DNA from: Nemertoderma westbladi
Lineage: Eukaryota > Animalia > Xenacoelomorpha
NCBI GenBank assembly: GCA_032718475.1
Contig: JAUCBJ010004630.1
Location: forward strand, 1-64,000
Direction: 5' to 3'
Length of the DNA: 64,000 nucleotides
Both the position numbers and the translations under genes were made by a program. The first letter of the stretch is position 1. Each line of letters opens with the position of its first letter. Shown here piece after piece: positions 1 to 11,291 of this stretch. The notes under the pieces were generated by a model. It was given only the letters and a program-made list of their open reading frames with translations, ran no database searches and was not told the origin of the DNA.

Positions 1-1960
1 CCCGCCGTCTCTCGTCCACCCATTCGACCGCCGAAGCGGGAGTCGCCAACGTTGTAGCGGGCGGATGAGGGACAACGGGCGACAAATTGTGAATATTTCG
101 CTCGGGGTCCAGGACCTGAACTGTCTCTTGGGCAGTTCTGCGGGGCACAGGTAGCTTAGTGCTATGCAGAGGGAATTTAGAAGTAGTTTCAGGGAGCACA
201 GGTGTGTCTATCACCGAAGGGGTGATTTCAAGAACAGGCCTAATTATTTCAGGCTCATCTACTATAGTAGGGAGTCTTTCTATTTTAATTATTTGGTCTG
301 TGGGCTCTGTACTACCTAAGTTGGTGTTATTTAGTTGCCTTCTAACAGCTGGAGGCAAATCAGGCAATTTCTGACGGTGGAATGTTCTTTTACGTCTGCT
401 TAGGCGAGGTCGATTTCCTCCGCCTTCAGTGTCGGTGGTATCGCCTTCCTCAGATGATGTATACCCCTGTCTCTTGGGAGTAGATCGACTCATCATCTGC
501 ATATTGCTCGCTGTTAACTGTTTATTGAAGTTGTCTTGCTTCTCTTGAAGAATTTCCAACTCTAGTTGGGTTGCCTCTTCAGATGCTCTCCGTTCTGCAT
601 CTACCACTGCCTCTGCTGTTGCCAGTGCTGCCTTTCTTTCTGCTTCGGCCGCTGCCTTTGTTGCTGCTACTGCCGCTTTTGCCTCTGCCGCTGCCACTGC
701 CGCTTTTGTTTCTGCCGCTGCCACTGCCGCTGCCGCTTTTGTTTCTGCTTCTGCAGCTGCCACTGCTGCTGCTACTGCCGCTGCCTTTCTGTCTTCTATA
801 CGTTTTTTCTTTACTTGTTCTTCCTGGACCTTAACGACGCGGAGTTGTTCATCGAATTTAGCTTGATTAGCCGCTAACCTATCCACGTCGATGGCGTCAA
901 GCACACGCTGTGCTCCTTCACTATTAGGGCTAAGTCCCTCTAGTCTTCTCCGCAACTCTTCATCTCCTACAAAACGTTGATAGTCTGACAGATAGATGTC
1001 AATGGCATCTCTCTTATGTGGTTTCTCTGCCGTCGCTTCACTTTCCACTTGGGAAAAAGTGGCGTCCGTCGATTCTCCATGGGTTGAGCGCTCCTCCAAC
1101 TGAGCTTTCCACTGAGCTGCTCCTTGAACCTGGCGACTCACCCGTTGAAACCAAGTTTTTACGGCAACTTGCAACGACGTGTCTTGTTTTCTTTTAGAAG
1201 CCTCCTCAAAGGCGGATAAGATTAGCCTAATCCGCAAAACTCTTTCTCTAACTTGATAAAGCAGCGATCCCTGCTCTTGAGGTCCTTGAGGTTGTTGAAA
1301 CAGTTGTCTCTCTACTCGCTCCATAGAGCTGAAGAATCCCTGGGCGTATCCAGCTGCGGACCTCTTCCATACAGCTGGATCGATGGTTTCCTTGGCCACT
1401 CCCATCCGGTGTATGTCTTCCCAGGCAGCTTCTGATAAATCAAACGGGAGTCCGGGTCCGGGGAAGTTCCATTGCGACTCGACAATAGACTTCAGTTCTT
1501 CACTCGTGTATCCCGCGTAGCTATCTCTAGTTGACCGTTGACTTCTCGCCCAATCGATCTGGTGTTCTTCCACCGCGATCAATAACCCAGCGAGCACGGC
1601 TGCAGGAAGGATGAGAAGGGGATCCGTATAAACCGCATCCGTCATCTCTGCTCCGCGCTCGGGTGTCAGCTCTACAGTATCCTCACTACTGGAGCTGCTG
1701 GGCCGCTGAGGAATAAATTCTTGACTAGCGGGTTGTTGCTGTTCCGCTGCCTTTTGGTCCCGCTTGACCTGAGCTCGAGTGCCTATGATAGACCTACGAT
1801 GTTGGACTAGCCTAGGTTCTGTTATTACTACTGGAGGGATGACCTTCCTCACAGTGGGAGGTGAACTGGATTTACGACCAGACGGTTGTACGTCTCTATC
1901 TGAGTCGCAGATAGTTACATCTAATAAACTGTCTGACAGGTTCTGCTTAGTATCAGACAT
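1..1960 (-). CDS. Long gag-like ORF (N-terminal >=653 aa, runs off the window edge), probably from an LTR retrotransposon
   Basis: Manual translation from the ATG at 1960 (MSDTKQNLSDSLLDVTICDS...) has no stop down to base 1; absent from the ORF track because it is incomplete. It has charged/coiled-coil segments, an Ala-rich repeat and a Pro-rich segment. The gag identity is inferred from composition and the upstream UTR/LTR-like layout; no diagnostic motif lies in the window. Confidence 0.6.
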   Translation of the reverse strand, partial: MSDTKQNLSDSLLDVTICDSDRDVQPSGRKSSSPPTVRKVIPPVVITEPRLVQHRRSIIGTRAQVKRDQKAAEQQQPASQEFIPQRPSSSSSEDTVELTPERGAEMTDAVYTDPLLILPAAVLAGLLIAVEEHQIDWARSQRSTRDSYAGYTSEELKSIVESQWNFPGPGLPFDLSEAAWEDIHRMGVAKETIDPAVWKRSAAGYAQGFFSSMERVERQLFQQPQGPQEQGSLLYQVRERVLRIRLILSAFEEASKRKQDTSLQVAVKTWFQRVSRQVQGAAQWKAQLEERSTHGESTDATFSQVESEATAEKPHKRDAIDIYLSDYQRFVGDEELRRRLEGLSPNSEGAQRVLDAIDVDRLAANQAKFDEQLRVVKVQEEQVKKKRIEDRKAAAVAAAVAAAEAETKAAAAVAAAETKAAVAAAEAKAAVAATKAAAEAERKAALATAEAVVDAERRASEEATQLELEILQEKQDNFNKQLTASNMQMMSRSTPKRQGYTSSEEGDTTDTEGGGNRPRLSRRKRTFHRQKLPDLPPAVRRQLNNTNLGSTEPTDQIIKIERLPTIVDEPEIIRPVLEITPSVIDTPVLPETTSKFPLHSTKLPVPRRTAQETVQVLDPERNIHNLSPVVPHPPATTLATPASAVEWVDERRR
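600..790 (-). repeat. Coding low-complexity repeat (AAVAAAETK-like units) within the gag-like ORF
   Basis: Degenerate (GCA/GCG)n with GAAACAAAA units on the minus strand. It explains the spurious Cys- and Leu/Pro-rich plus-strand ORFs 566-877 and 571-834. Confidence 0.85.
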
Positions 1961-2094
1961 GACTATGTATACCGTTGAATGTCTACTGCTGTATTACAGT
2001 CTGAGTAAGTCTAGTAACTCAGTATTAACTGCTAGCCTAATAATTAATTACCGGTACTGCTACTCAGTGTAGCGTGATATATATATAATATATT

Positions 2095-2345
2095 AGAATA
2101 CCGGTATGCTTATAGTATATATAACTATATAAGTATTATTACAGACTAGGTTTATCACAGAATACCGGTATAATTTTAGCACAAATATATATAAATATAT
2201 AATAGGCCTATCTGGAATACCGGTATACAGCTTACAGTTTGTAGGATATATAATTCTGAAATAGAATTAATTACAAGTACCAGTATAATTTCAGCCTAGA
2301 TTTATAGAAATAAGATAATAGGCCTATCGTAAATACCGGTATATC
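2095..2345. repeat. Degenerate ~58/116-bp tandem repeat in the putative 5' UTR
   Basis: aataccggta-like motif recurs at ~2097, 2161, 2216, 2277 and 2332; 'aataggcctatc' recurs about 116 bp apart. Confidence 0.55.
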
Positions 2346-3319
2346 AATTATTTTAGAATAATTGAATTTCTGAACTTTAGGGTTACTTGGTTACTTTAAC
2401 TTACTTTATTACCGTTATTTAAGCAGTAATCCAACTGATATTGAGACCTAATGGTTTTATGGTAGGCCTACTATTTATAAATCGTTAGGTTTGATTTATA
2501 ATGTATTTATACCCGTTTTAATGGGTTTAGTCAATGTTTGAAATAAATGTTATTATTTCTGGGGTAATCACTACACAAAGCGGTGCGCTTTTAGTGAAGT
2601 GTTACGTATAAGACACTAAAACAAATAATGCTAATTTACCTAAGTTACTTAATACTACAAATTACGTACAATTCGGGTTGAGATTACAATCTCTAAATAA
2701 ACACAAAAATTTACAAAAACACAAAATACGAATTTTTAGGGTAATTTTACAAGAAGTCTACAAACCAGCCTAACAAAGGGTTAGAAAACTGGTTATTACA
2801 ACGGACAGAGTACTACGGTATTTGAAATAATAAGTAGTAGTAAATACACTGCGTTGTCCAGATAGAAAAATACCACCGCCTGACGACCTATAGCCGTATC
2901 GCTATAGGTTCTACGTTATGTATCACGGAGTGTTCCTACCTAGAAGTTAATAGAGCTAATCGAATGTGCCTATCAACCACTTTACAACACAGATATAATG
3001 CCTACAATAATTACTTCGGAAAGTACTGTACACTAAACCCTAAATTAGGTACGAGTACTTGTACAACAGATAATCTGTAGTTAAATATACTTGAACAGCT
3101 AAAAGAACCACGGCATCTGCTGGAGTGACCGATGCACAAAATCACCAGTCTTTACCTACGCCAAACAGCCCGTGTAGTACCGGGGTTAATTTAACTATAG
3201 CGGTATGTATAACAAACACAATTACTGTAGGAACAAACTTGGGGAATGAATGTTGCGGATAATCGCATAAACTCTGAATAATAAATATTACGCTACGCGT
3301 ACAAACTACTCAAACAAAA

Positions 3320-3850
3320 TACAGACCGAACACTGACAGACTACTATCAAGCCTAAACAAACTACGGTATATGCAGACTCCGAAATGATTAGGGAGTATG
3401 CGCTCTAACCCAGTAGTGCGACTTATTCTTTAGTTGGGGGTTTACCTTACAGCGTTCGCTGCCCCTACTGCCTAATCGTACTTAATCGGACAGATGATCC
3501 ACACACGCGGCAATCCGTTCAGACTTAATAACAGCCAGACAACTATCCAGCCTACAAATTATTTAAATAAAATTATACGCTACCCGTACAGACTTACACA
3601 AACAAAGTACAGACTAAACGATGGCAGACTACTCTCAAGCCTAAATAAACCACAGGACATGCAGACTCCGAAATGATTAGGGAGTATGCGCTCTAACCCA
3701 GTAGTGCGACTTATTCTTTAGTTGGGGGTTTACCTTACCGCATTGGCTGCCCCTACTTCCTAACCGTACTTAATCGGACAAGGGCTCTACACACACTGTA
3801 ACTCGTTCGGACTTAACAGCAATCAGACAACAGCTCAGCCTACAAATTGT
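3320..3850. repeat. Direct repeat, period 288 bp, with an identical ~80-bp core
   Basis: atgcagactccgaaatgattaggg...gggggtttaccttac is identical at 3371 and 3659; the flanks are diverged. Confidence 0.9.
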
Positions 3851-4209
3851 CTGTACAATCTGATCAGGTTTACACGCCTTCTGTTCAATACTGGCCTACA
3901 AACAAATAAAACTTGACAGAAATAAGTAGAAATCTCAATAAAAAACCAGGGCTGCAGTCCCTGATTAATTATTAAGGCCTACTGGTATATAATTATCAAA
4001 ATCGAATAATACTGCTGTACCTGTACTGCTGTAGGTACCGGTCCGGGTGGTTAGGTAGTCAGGCCTACTGGTACCGGTTCTGGCAGTTGGGCCTACTGAC
4101 CTACAGATGTACCGGTTGACCGGTACTTTCAACTTTATTGCTTACTGCAATAAAGAAGCTATATCCTTTAATGTTCGCGCTTTCAGACCTTTGGCAGTTT
4201 AACCCACCA

Positions 4210-5321
4210 AATTAAGATGTCTTCTAGATATTAAATCTGTTTTTAGTCTATGACAAGTATTTGATTCACTACACTAGTCGAAACCAATCCGTGCGCGACC
4301 ATTCACCCGCTGGATATTCCCGGGAGATTGGGTTCGACGGTTTAATTTTATTGCTATGTAAGCCTAATGTATTATTCGACTGACAGTATTATATAATCTC
4401 TGACAATATTATTCACCTTCGGGAATATTAACAGTTCCTTTAGGACGTGGCGCTTTATCTATATAAACAGAGTTATGACTTAAACTACTCACAACGATAT
4501 GGCTTAATTATAATTCACATATATGGCGCATTCTTTAGGAATTGCTTCTTTAACAGACTCACTCATACACAATGCTGCACAATACTGCACACTAATCTGC
4601 CAATCTTCACTGATTTTAGTCACATATAAAAGGAACACAGGCTGACTCATGTAGGGTCTATCAAATAACATTAGATTCACTTCAAACCACTTTAACATAA
4701 GTCACAATCGTTATTGGTAACCTTTCTCTCTTACCTTCGGTATATCAAGAATATTGGGTTTCGGGGTTATTTATCGTTATTCCAAATATAATAATTCATC
4801 AACCATATTATGAAGAACTGACAGTAAATAGCAGTATAAAACAACAACTGAACACTGATTGTTATGAGTTTGCAATGTTTCAGCAGTCAGGATGTATGAT
4901 CAGTCAGCAGTAGTCGTTAGTTAAAGGATATATGCCCTTTATAATTAAACCTACTAGTGTAAGACTAAAAACAGTAAAGCACAAAATACTTCCAAGCCGT
5001 TCTTTCTTTGGCTCAGGACTGAATGTAAACACTGCACATAGGCATTGCGTCATTTCTCGGAAATTTTCTGTACAAGGAGCCACAAAAACGCTCTAATTGG
5101 CTGACTGAACTGAGAGACGCCGTAGAACAAAGGAAATCAACAGGTATGAATGTCAGCTGTTAACCGTAGTCATAGTAACTACTGTTCAAGAGTAGCTATC
5201 ACCCCTTTGCGTCACGAATTGCCATAGAATCATAAAATATGCCTTTCACAGTACACATACGGAGGAAATAGGTCTTAGATCCTCTAAAAACACCGATACA
5301 GCAATAATACGGTCTCTTACA
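4210..5321 (-). mobile_element. Candidate 5' LTR of the element carrying the gag-like ORF
   Basis: Minus strand starts TGTAAGAG (5321) and ends ...ATCTTAAT, directly followed by PBS-like TGGTGGGTTAAAC (4209). It carries CCAAT (~5097), TATAAA (~4940) and AATAAA (~4350) in the expected order. The second LTR is not in the window. Confidence 0.4.
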
Positions 5322-5759
5322 CTTATTAAATCAACTACAGAGTATTTTAATGTAAAAGATAATAAAAATAACGGGGCAATTCAGCAAAGGCTTTTACAGC
5401 CATTCATTCCCTCCACACCACACAATACACAAACACACAGCAGCACAGATTTGACCATGCCACACAATAACTATAGTAACTGATTAAGACTGTGGACTAC
5501 TGGGCTGGAGCCTGGAGGTTAATAACCTGCCCTATGGCATATGGTGTATTACTCTATATTGGCCTGGGCCTGGGGCAATGCTCCAATGCAGTGCTACCCA
5601 ACCACATCTACACATTCAGAGCAGACATTGATTTGCTTACCTTTGGTACTGTAAGCCTAAGCTACACTGCAACTCATTCCCCTGCCCTGAATAACTTTGC
5701 TGTCAATCACTACCTCTGTGGCTGATGTCATGCTGCTCCTGCTATGGTAGGCCAGCCTA

Positions 5760-6090
5760 GTTAGAAATCGGGGTGGACAAACCCAAGTCGGTGCTCTTTG
5801 ATATTTTGTAGGAAGTAAGTCCAGCCCGATATATAAAAATCGGGGTGGATAATACGCCTGAATTGCAAATTTTGACAGAAACATCCACCCCCTTTCGGGG
5901 TGTCCGTCCCCCCCCCCATTCTGGGTAGTGCTACCTAACTGCAACATGTGTACCAAGTTTGGATAGATTTCATCAAGGATTGGCCGAGTTATTAACGTTT
6001 AAAATAAAATACTGAAAAAAAAACGCGACAGAACGACAGAACGACAGAACGACACGTTCGTGGGGCCTTCGCGCAGCACGAGGCCCAGTT
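5760..6090 (-). mobile_element. Non-autonomous Helentron/DINE-1-like interspersed repeat
   Basis: 5942-6054 is near-identical to 8893-9011, including the (GAACGACA)n microsatellite. The GC-rich inverted-repeat head at 6055-6087 also occurs at ~8834 and ~12037. Family assignment is by architecture only. Confidence 0.55.
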
Positions 6091-6433
6091 ATGAGATACA
6101 AATTAAAATTGTGCGACTGTATCACAAAATCAGGTTATGAGAGATTAACCAACACCACCAATTAATCAAAGAAAGGGGAACAGTACGTGTTCACCCCTTT
6201 TAATCTGCACCCCCCCCCCTCCCTTCCCACCCACCAATACATAACCGCGACATCTACCACCCACGGAAGGGTAGCACGAACTTATTTCCAAACGCACGTT
6301 CAATATGCAAAGCCAGGTGGTTTATAGGAATATAATCAATGCAGTACTCGTCTTCATTATAAGCCTCATTGCGTTCGACCTGTTTTGTATTAAAATATAT
6401 TTATTAAACGCAGGCTGACGCTCTTTATAATAA

Positions 6434-6781
6434 TTAATACCTAGGGATGCCAGCTTCCAGACTTTCAATCTTTACTGCCGCGCAAACCCCGCAGAGGAAG
6501 TCTTGGTTTGAGAGATCAAGCCCATCGGCAATTGGTGTTTCAATTTCGGTCCAGGAACTCTGACAATGGGAGCATTCAATCTTAGCTGTGGTCCATTCCC
6601 GTGGTTTCGGCTTCCTTTTCTTCGTCCCAATGACAGATTCTTCTGAAGACGTTCGATTCGCTTTCAGTTTATTGTTGGCGTTTGTGTTTTGAAGTTGTAT
6701 TCGAGTGGACAGTCGCGCCGGTTTCGAGGTAACCATACCGACCTGTGATAAGCGTTGGTTTTGTTGAGTGTCGGTATTCAT
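6434..6781 (-). pseudogene. Truncated zinc-finger (CxxC...CxxC, PHD-like) ORF, likely a LINE ORF1 5' fragment
   Basis: ATG-initiated 115 aa with basic stretch KKRKPKPR, IECSHC...FLCGVC followed by the start of a coiled coil (KIESLE), then an abrupt end. This layout is typical of CR1/L2 ORF1. Confidence 0.45.
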
Positions 6782-7189
6782 CTTCTCTCACCTCTTCAAT
6801 GTCAGATGTTGCAAATACTGATAACACGAATAACGGTATATATTTCAATACTTGTCAATAGTAATATATATAATTTAGATAACTATTTTATATCTGTACT
6901 GTTGAGCAAACTCTACATAAATTTCAACCTGTGTATCGCCGGTAGGGCTGTTGCTGTGCAAGTGCTAGTTGCCACCGGTCAGCCGGTACCGGTAGTAGGG
7001 TGGTACCATGGCCTACTACACACAGGCCATGACAAGGACTTTGCTGTGAAATTAGCGTAGGCTGACTGGTGACTGATGAATTATCAAATATTATATTTTC
7101 CATGAATGCAGGGTCCATATTTAAAAGAAGATGACTAGATTTTCGTAAAGAATTTAATTGAAACAGTATTTAATAATAAATAAATTAAT

Positions 7190-7510
7190 TATCACTCGAG
7201 TTCCTGCAGCTTTTATTCGTGGCAGGAATGTTTGAACGCTAATAAGTCGGTCAATCATGGATGAAATGGAACCAAACTTGGTACACTTGTAGTCTTAAAA
7301 AAATTTAGAAATTCTACACACAGACAGACTTCTACAGTTCCCCGGTCTGCCGCTAGGGGGCGAATTAACAGAAACGTAAAAATAGCTGTAATTATAGAAC
7401 CAACGATCAGATTCATCTGAAATTTAGTAGTAGTTACCTAAGAGCATTGCTTAATTAGAAATTCTACAGAGACTTTTACAGTTCCTGTCTGCCGCTAGTG
7501 GGGAATTGTT
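7190..7510 (+). repeat. Two ~150-bp tandem units of a non-autonomous element, carrying a CTCF-like motif
   Basis: ttagaaattctaca at 7305 and 7455. aaacttggtac is shared with the repeats at ~5950, ~8900 and ~11710. CTGCCGCTAGGGGGCG lies at 7347-7362. Confidence 0.6.
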
Positions 7511-8833
7511 AGAGCTCCAGTTCAACGTGCTTAGCACGGTTTAATAAACAATCAATTAATTATTTTATTCAATACAGTAATTATAACAGTAAAATGCAAT
7601 GTAATCCAGTGCGATAACGTCAGCCCAACGTTCAACCATTTCCCCCAGGTGATCCCAGGATCCGGGCCGCCGCTAAACCCAGATCGCAATCCTCGTCGAT
7701 TCGTCCAGTCGTCGACGTAAGTCAGTAAGTGGGACTCTTCCCACCGCACTCCAAGGTGGGTGACCGGAGTGAGGCATGATGAACTTGGCAGTGGCCCGCA
7801 TTACGATCTGACCGACCGCCGTATTCCCAGTGTCTGAGTGTAGTAAATACCCAAATAGAATCGTACTGACAAACAAGCAATTCCGTAGTATTCCCCCGTT
7901 AATCACCTCTTGAAGCAACTCGGCTGCTCGGGTCCAGATACATCGGACTGTCGGGAGCGTTTCAGACATCAGACAGTAATGGAGCGGCATTTGCGAATAT
8001 TTCCAATGGTTTTATAATAAATAAGGGGATTCAACAGTTCAATGCTAAAACAAATGGATTATTCCTAACCCCACCCCAATACAGCAATATACCTAACAGT
8101 ATATAGCTTAGGTACCACAGTCTGACTAGCTTTAAATATTAGAGTATGAAAATTATTATAGGACCCTCATGGAAACGAGGTATATACCTCATGAGGCTAT
8201 CCTTACACCAGAACCTTTTATTTAAGTAAATAAACATTTTATAAGTTGACTATCTACATAAATCAGTATTGGTGCTCCTAAATATCTAGTGTTATTAGGC
8301 CTACTTGTACTGTAGGCCTAATATCTTAACGTAATCTTTATAAATGTATTATTGTGAATTTTAAAAGGTTTAATTATGTGTAAAAAACAATCAATCAATC
8401 AAACCATAATCAGCACAGTCAGCCTACGCATGGGTGGTACCTACGGTGCGCACTACAACGGCTGAACGGCAGTACAGCAATACGGTGTACCGTGCCAATG
8501 ACTGAATGATTAGCGGTAACTACTGAACTATCTAAACTATTATATTATTATTACCGGTACTAGGCTAATTAGGCCTAAACTATAATCACCGCAAGGGTTT
8601 CCGGGGCCATGTTTAGATTACATGATATGGCATGTCTGCAGTGTATGGTACCGGCTGACCTGTATTACAGCCTGACAGTACCGGTACAAATGGTACATTC
8701 AGATTGGCAGACAGCCCCTATGTTTTGCAAAATTTGTCAGAAAACCAGCTGATTTATCCTACAGTAATAATAATTTAACGCATGTTAATTTTGGATAAAT
8801 AAATATATTATAACTACAATAACAGTTACACTG

Positions 8834-9195
8834 ATGCTGCACGAAGGCCCCACGCAAATTCTACTTGGAAAATTTTCAAACTTTTGCCAAACAACATGTG
8901 TACCAAGTTTGGATAGATTTCATCAAGGATTGGCCGAGTTATTAACGTTTAAAATAAAATACTGAAAAAAAACGCGACAGAACGACAGAACGACAGAACG
9001 ACAGAACGACAGGTTGATTAATGGTACCACTACGCTAAGGCTCTCTCACTTCGTGGCTCGCCCCACAGAACGACAGAACGACAGGTTGATTAATGGTACC
9101 ACTACGCTAAGGCTCTCTCACTTCGTGGCTCGCCCCACAGGTTGATTAATGGTACCACTACGCTAAGGCTCACTCACTTCGTGGCTCGCCCCACA
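8834..9195 (-). mobile_element. Second Helentron/DINE-1-like repeat with a triplicated 56-bp terminal module
   Basis: Body matches 5942-6054. The module ggttgattaatggtacc...tggctcgccccaca starts at 9012, 9084 and 9140. Confidence 0.65.
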
Positions 9196-9254
9196 TGAAT
9201 TAATTATTTCAAAATGGTCTTAAAGTCTTTCACCACGGGCACACAGGGAAATGC

Positions 9255-9525
9255 CGGTGTTTGGGGGCGAAAGCCCCCAAGAAAAGTAGCGGGGGTTTGG
9301 GGGCGGCAGAAAAGAAAAACAAACAATATTTGACTCTGAAAATTCTTTTATAATTTTGAAAAAACTTGTCTAGATACAACTTGTCCTGTAACCATCTTTA
9401 ACTTTTGTTTATTGCTTCGATGCACCCAGATTAATTTTAACACTTTAACTGGGGGGGAAGTGTCCGGGGGGGGGGGGGGGGAGTGTCCGGAGGAACTGTC
9501 CGGGTGGGAAGTGTCCTAGATTCCT
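9255..9525 (+). repeat. G-rich transposon-end-like sequence (hairpin; GGAAGTGTCC-like repeats; poly-G)
   Basis: Hairpin TTGGGGGC-GAAA-GCCCCCAA at 9261-9280. Four G-run + (A/G)AGTGTCC-like units at 9451-9517. Confidence 0.45.
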
Positions 9526-9535
9526 TTTATTATAT

Positions 9536-9705
9536 TCTGGTATATTGAATCGGTGGACTGGTCTACATCCATTGACTGAATTACTTCAAAGCGGTTTTGA
9601 ACTTCTTCTGTGTAATCATCCTTTACTACATTGTCATTTCTGAGTTTCTCCCAGTCATAGTTGATTTGCCTGCTTGTCCTGTGTTTGCGGCTCTCAAACT
9701 GAGTT
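9536..9705 (-). mobile_element. Short RTE-type LINE fragment (endonuclease-RT linker)
   Basis: Minus translation RQINYDWEKLRNDNVVKDDYTEEVQNRFEVIQ resembles the linker after the RTE endonuclease. Confidence 0.5.
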
Positions 9706-9971
9706 TACTCAAATAAAGTTTATTATCACAAACCAATAATGATCATAGAAGCAAGTATATTGATATAGTATAGTAAGTAGCCTTTTGGTCTTTTGGTTAT
9801 CTGTTACTTCGTTCATTAAGGTATTATTATGATTATCAAAAGACATGTAGATGATATACTGTGTTTATACATATTTAACAATTTATAAATATATTAATAT
9901 ACTATAAATATCAGTTTGTATGTCATTTACATTATTTAATATAATGTAAGTTTTATAAACTTACAGTTTCA

Positions 9972-10454
9972 TTAAATCCAAATCTTCATTTCAACTTGAG
10001 AAGCCGGATTGTCTCGAGTAAATGACTTCCAACGCGGTCCTTCATCATCCCCCGCACCATAATTTAGATTCAAGCTGCTGCCGTCGCAGTCTTTATACCA
10101 CCACCCTTCTTTGGCGCAGTTTCTGTCGCTATCGCTGTCCTTGGTGGAAAACGGCTGACCGTCGTGATGGGAAGTCAATGAGTCACCAGCAGTACCATGG
10201 TAACCGGATACATGTAGTGTGTAATTAGTTTCAGATGACCCGAGGTAGAAGTTGTTGTATTCAGCGTATTTGTGTTCGTTGTTGTAATTCTTACCGTTAA
10301 ACCCCTCTCCAGTGAACCACAAATCGACTCTCAACTTCACCCCGCCTTTACTCAGCTTGTAAATCGTCTCCAACCCCAACCAAAAGTTTCCATCCGGGTT
10401 CCCAAATCCTCCAACATATTCATCCCAGTTGCGATAGAAATCAACAGATCCATT
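9972..10454 (-). CDS. Exon 2, 3' part: fibrinogen C-terminal (FReD) domain
   Basis: NGSVDFYRNWDEYVGGFG, FWLGLE, LRVDL, YAEYNNF, GTAGDSL, FSTKDSD, NCA..GWWYKDC..SSLN and EMKI are hallmark FReD motifs. Confidence 0.95.
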   Translation of the reverse strand, partial: NGSVDFYRNWDEYVGGFGNPDGNFWLGLETIYKLSKGGVKLRVDLWFTGEGFNGKNYNNEHKYAEYNNFYLGSSETNYTLHVSGYHGTAGDSLTSHHDGQPFSTKDSDSDRNCAKEGWWYKDCDGSSLNLNYGAGDDEGPRWKSFTRDNPASQVEMKIWI

Positions 10455-11099
10455 ACTACTACTAGGATCGGCATGCTGCATTGCAGCTGCATTTTTAAGA
10501 ATGCTGTGCCGGCTTGTCAACAAAATTGCGCCGCCACAACTCCCTATCACCCATGACATTTGCTAGATCATCCGCATCTTTAAGGCCAGTGTCCTTTAAG
10601 ATGCGTCTCAAGAAAGTCATGGGCTGTCCACCATGCTTATTCACTCCATGAGGCTGCCAAAGTACAAGATTATGCACTGGCTGGTCCTCACGGCGAAAGC
10701 AATGTCCTGCAAAGCGGAGGCGATTTTGTTCTAGTGTCAAGCTTGGGGGAACCAATGAGACACCTCCAATGTTATATAGTGTCTGGTTGGAGATGTGTGC
10801 ATTGTACTTGACACAATGTACCCGGCGTAGCATTCTTGTGAATGTGCCATCCAGAGATTTGGTGTCCTCAGCAGTTAGAGCCCAGCATGGACTCCCGTAG
10901 AGGAGTACTGGAACTACTGCTGCTCTAAATAATCGGACCTTAAGTTTCCGATTAATTCTAGGTGACTTCCAAATCCTGGAAAGCCTATTCAAGGCGGCCC
11001 ATGCCTTTCCCTTACGTATTCGAAGGTCCTCACCTGACTTCCGGATCCATGATCCCAGGTAACAGAAGTCGTCCACATGCTCAAGCATACCATCCTTTG
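10455..11099 (-). mobile_element. 5'-truncated RTE-clade LINE (RT C-terminus, 3' end, (TAG)n tail) with 12-bp TSD
   Basis: HVDDFCYLGS, LKVRLFRAAVVPVLLYG and RLRFAGHC motifs. TSD aacagatccatt at 10443-10454 and 11100-11111. Highly similar to 21175-21823. Confidence 0.93.
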
Positions 11100-11291
11100 A
11101 ACAGATCCATTGATACGTTGTTGAATCTTCATCCACTGCGGCTTTAATATCTCATATTGATTTAAACTATTGATTTCTTTATTTTGCGTTATTATAGTTG
11201 GATTTTTGGTTAATAGATGGTTGTAGATATGTAGCTTGGATATCACTTCAGTTAGGTGAGTAATTAACTCGTCTTGCTCCTGGTCTTTATC
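11100..11291 (-). CDS. Exon 2, 5' part: linker and start of FReD (WMKIQQRINGSV)
   Basis: Acceptor TTTCAG|GAT at 11292/11291; open frame DKDQEQDELITHL...WMKIQQRINGSV, in the same frame as 9972-10454. Confidence 0.85.

Noticed and set aside
566-877. Cys-rich metallothionein-like and Leu/Pro-rich ORFs
   Set aside because: Antisense shadows of the Ala-rich repeat in the minus-strand ORF.
9012-9195. Mini-CRISPR or tRNA-like triple repeat
   Set aside because: Spacers are microsatellite or absent and there is no cloverleaf; the module recurs as a transposon end at 11588.
9972-10559. 195-aa ORF as a standalone fibrinogen gene
   Set aside because: Its first ~35 codons are LINE 3' sequence; the real upstream coding sequence is at 11100-11291.
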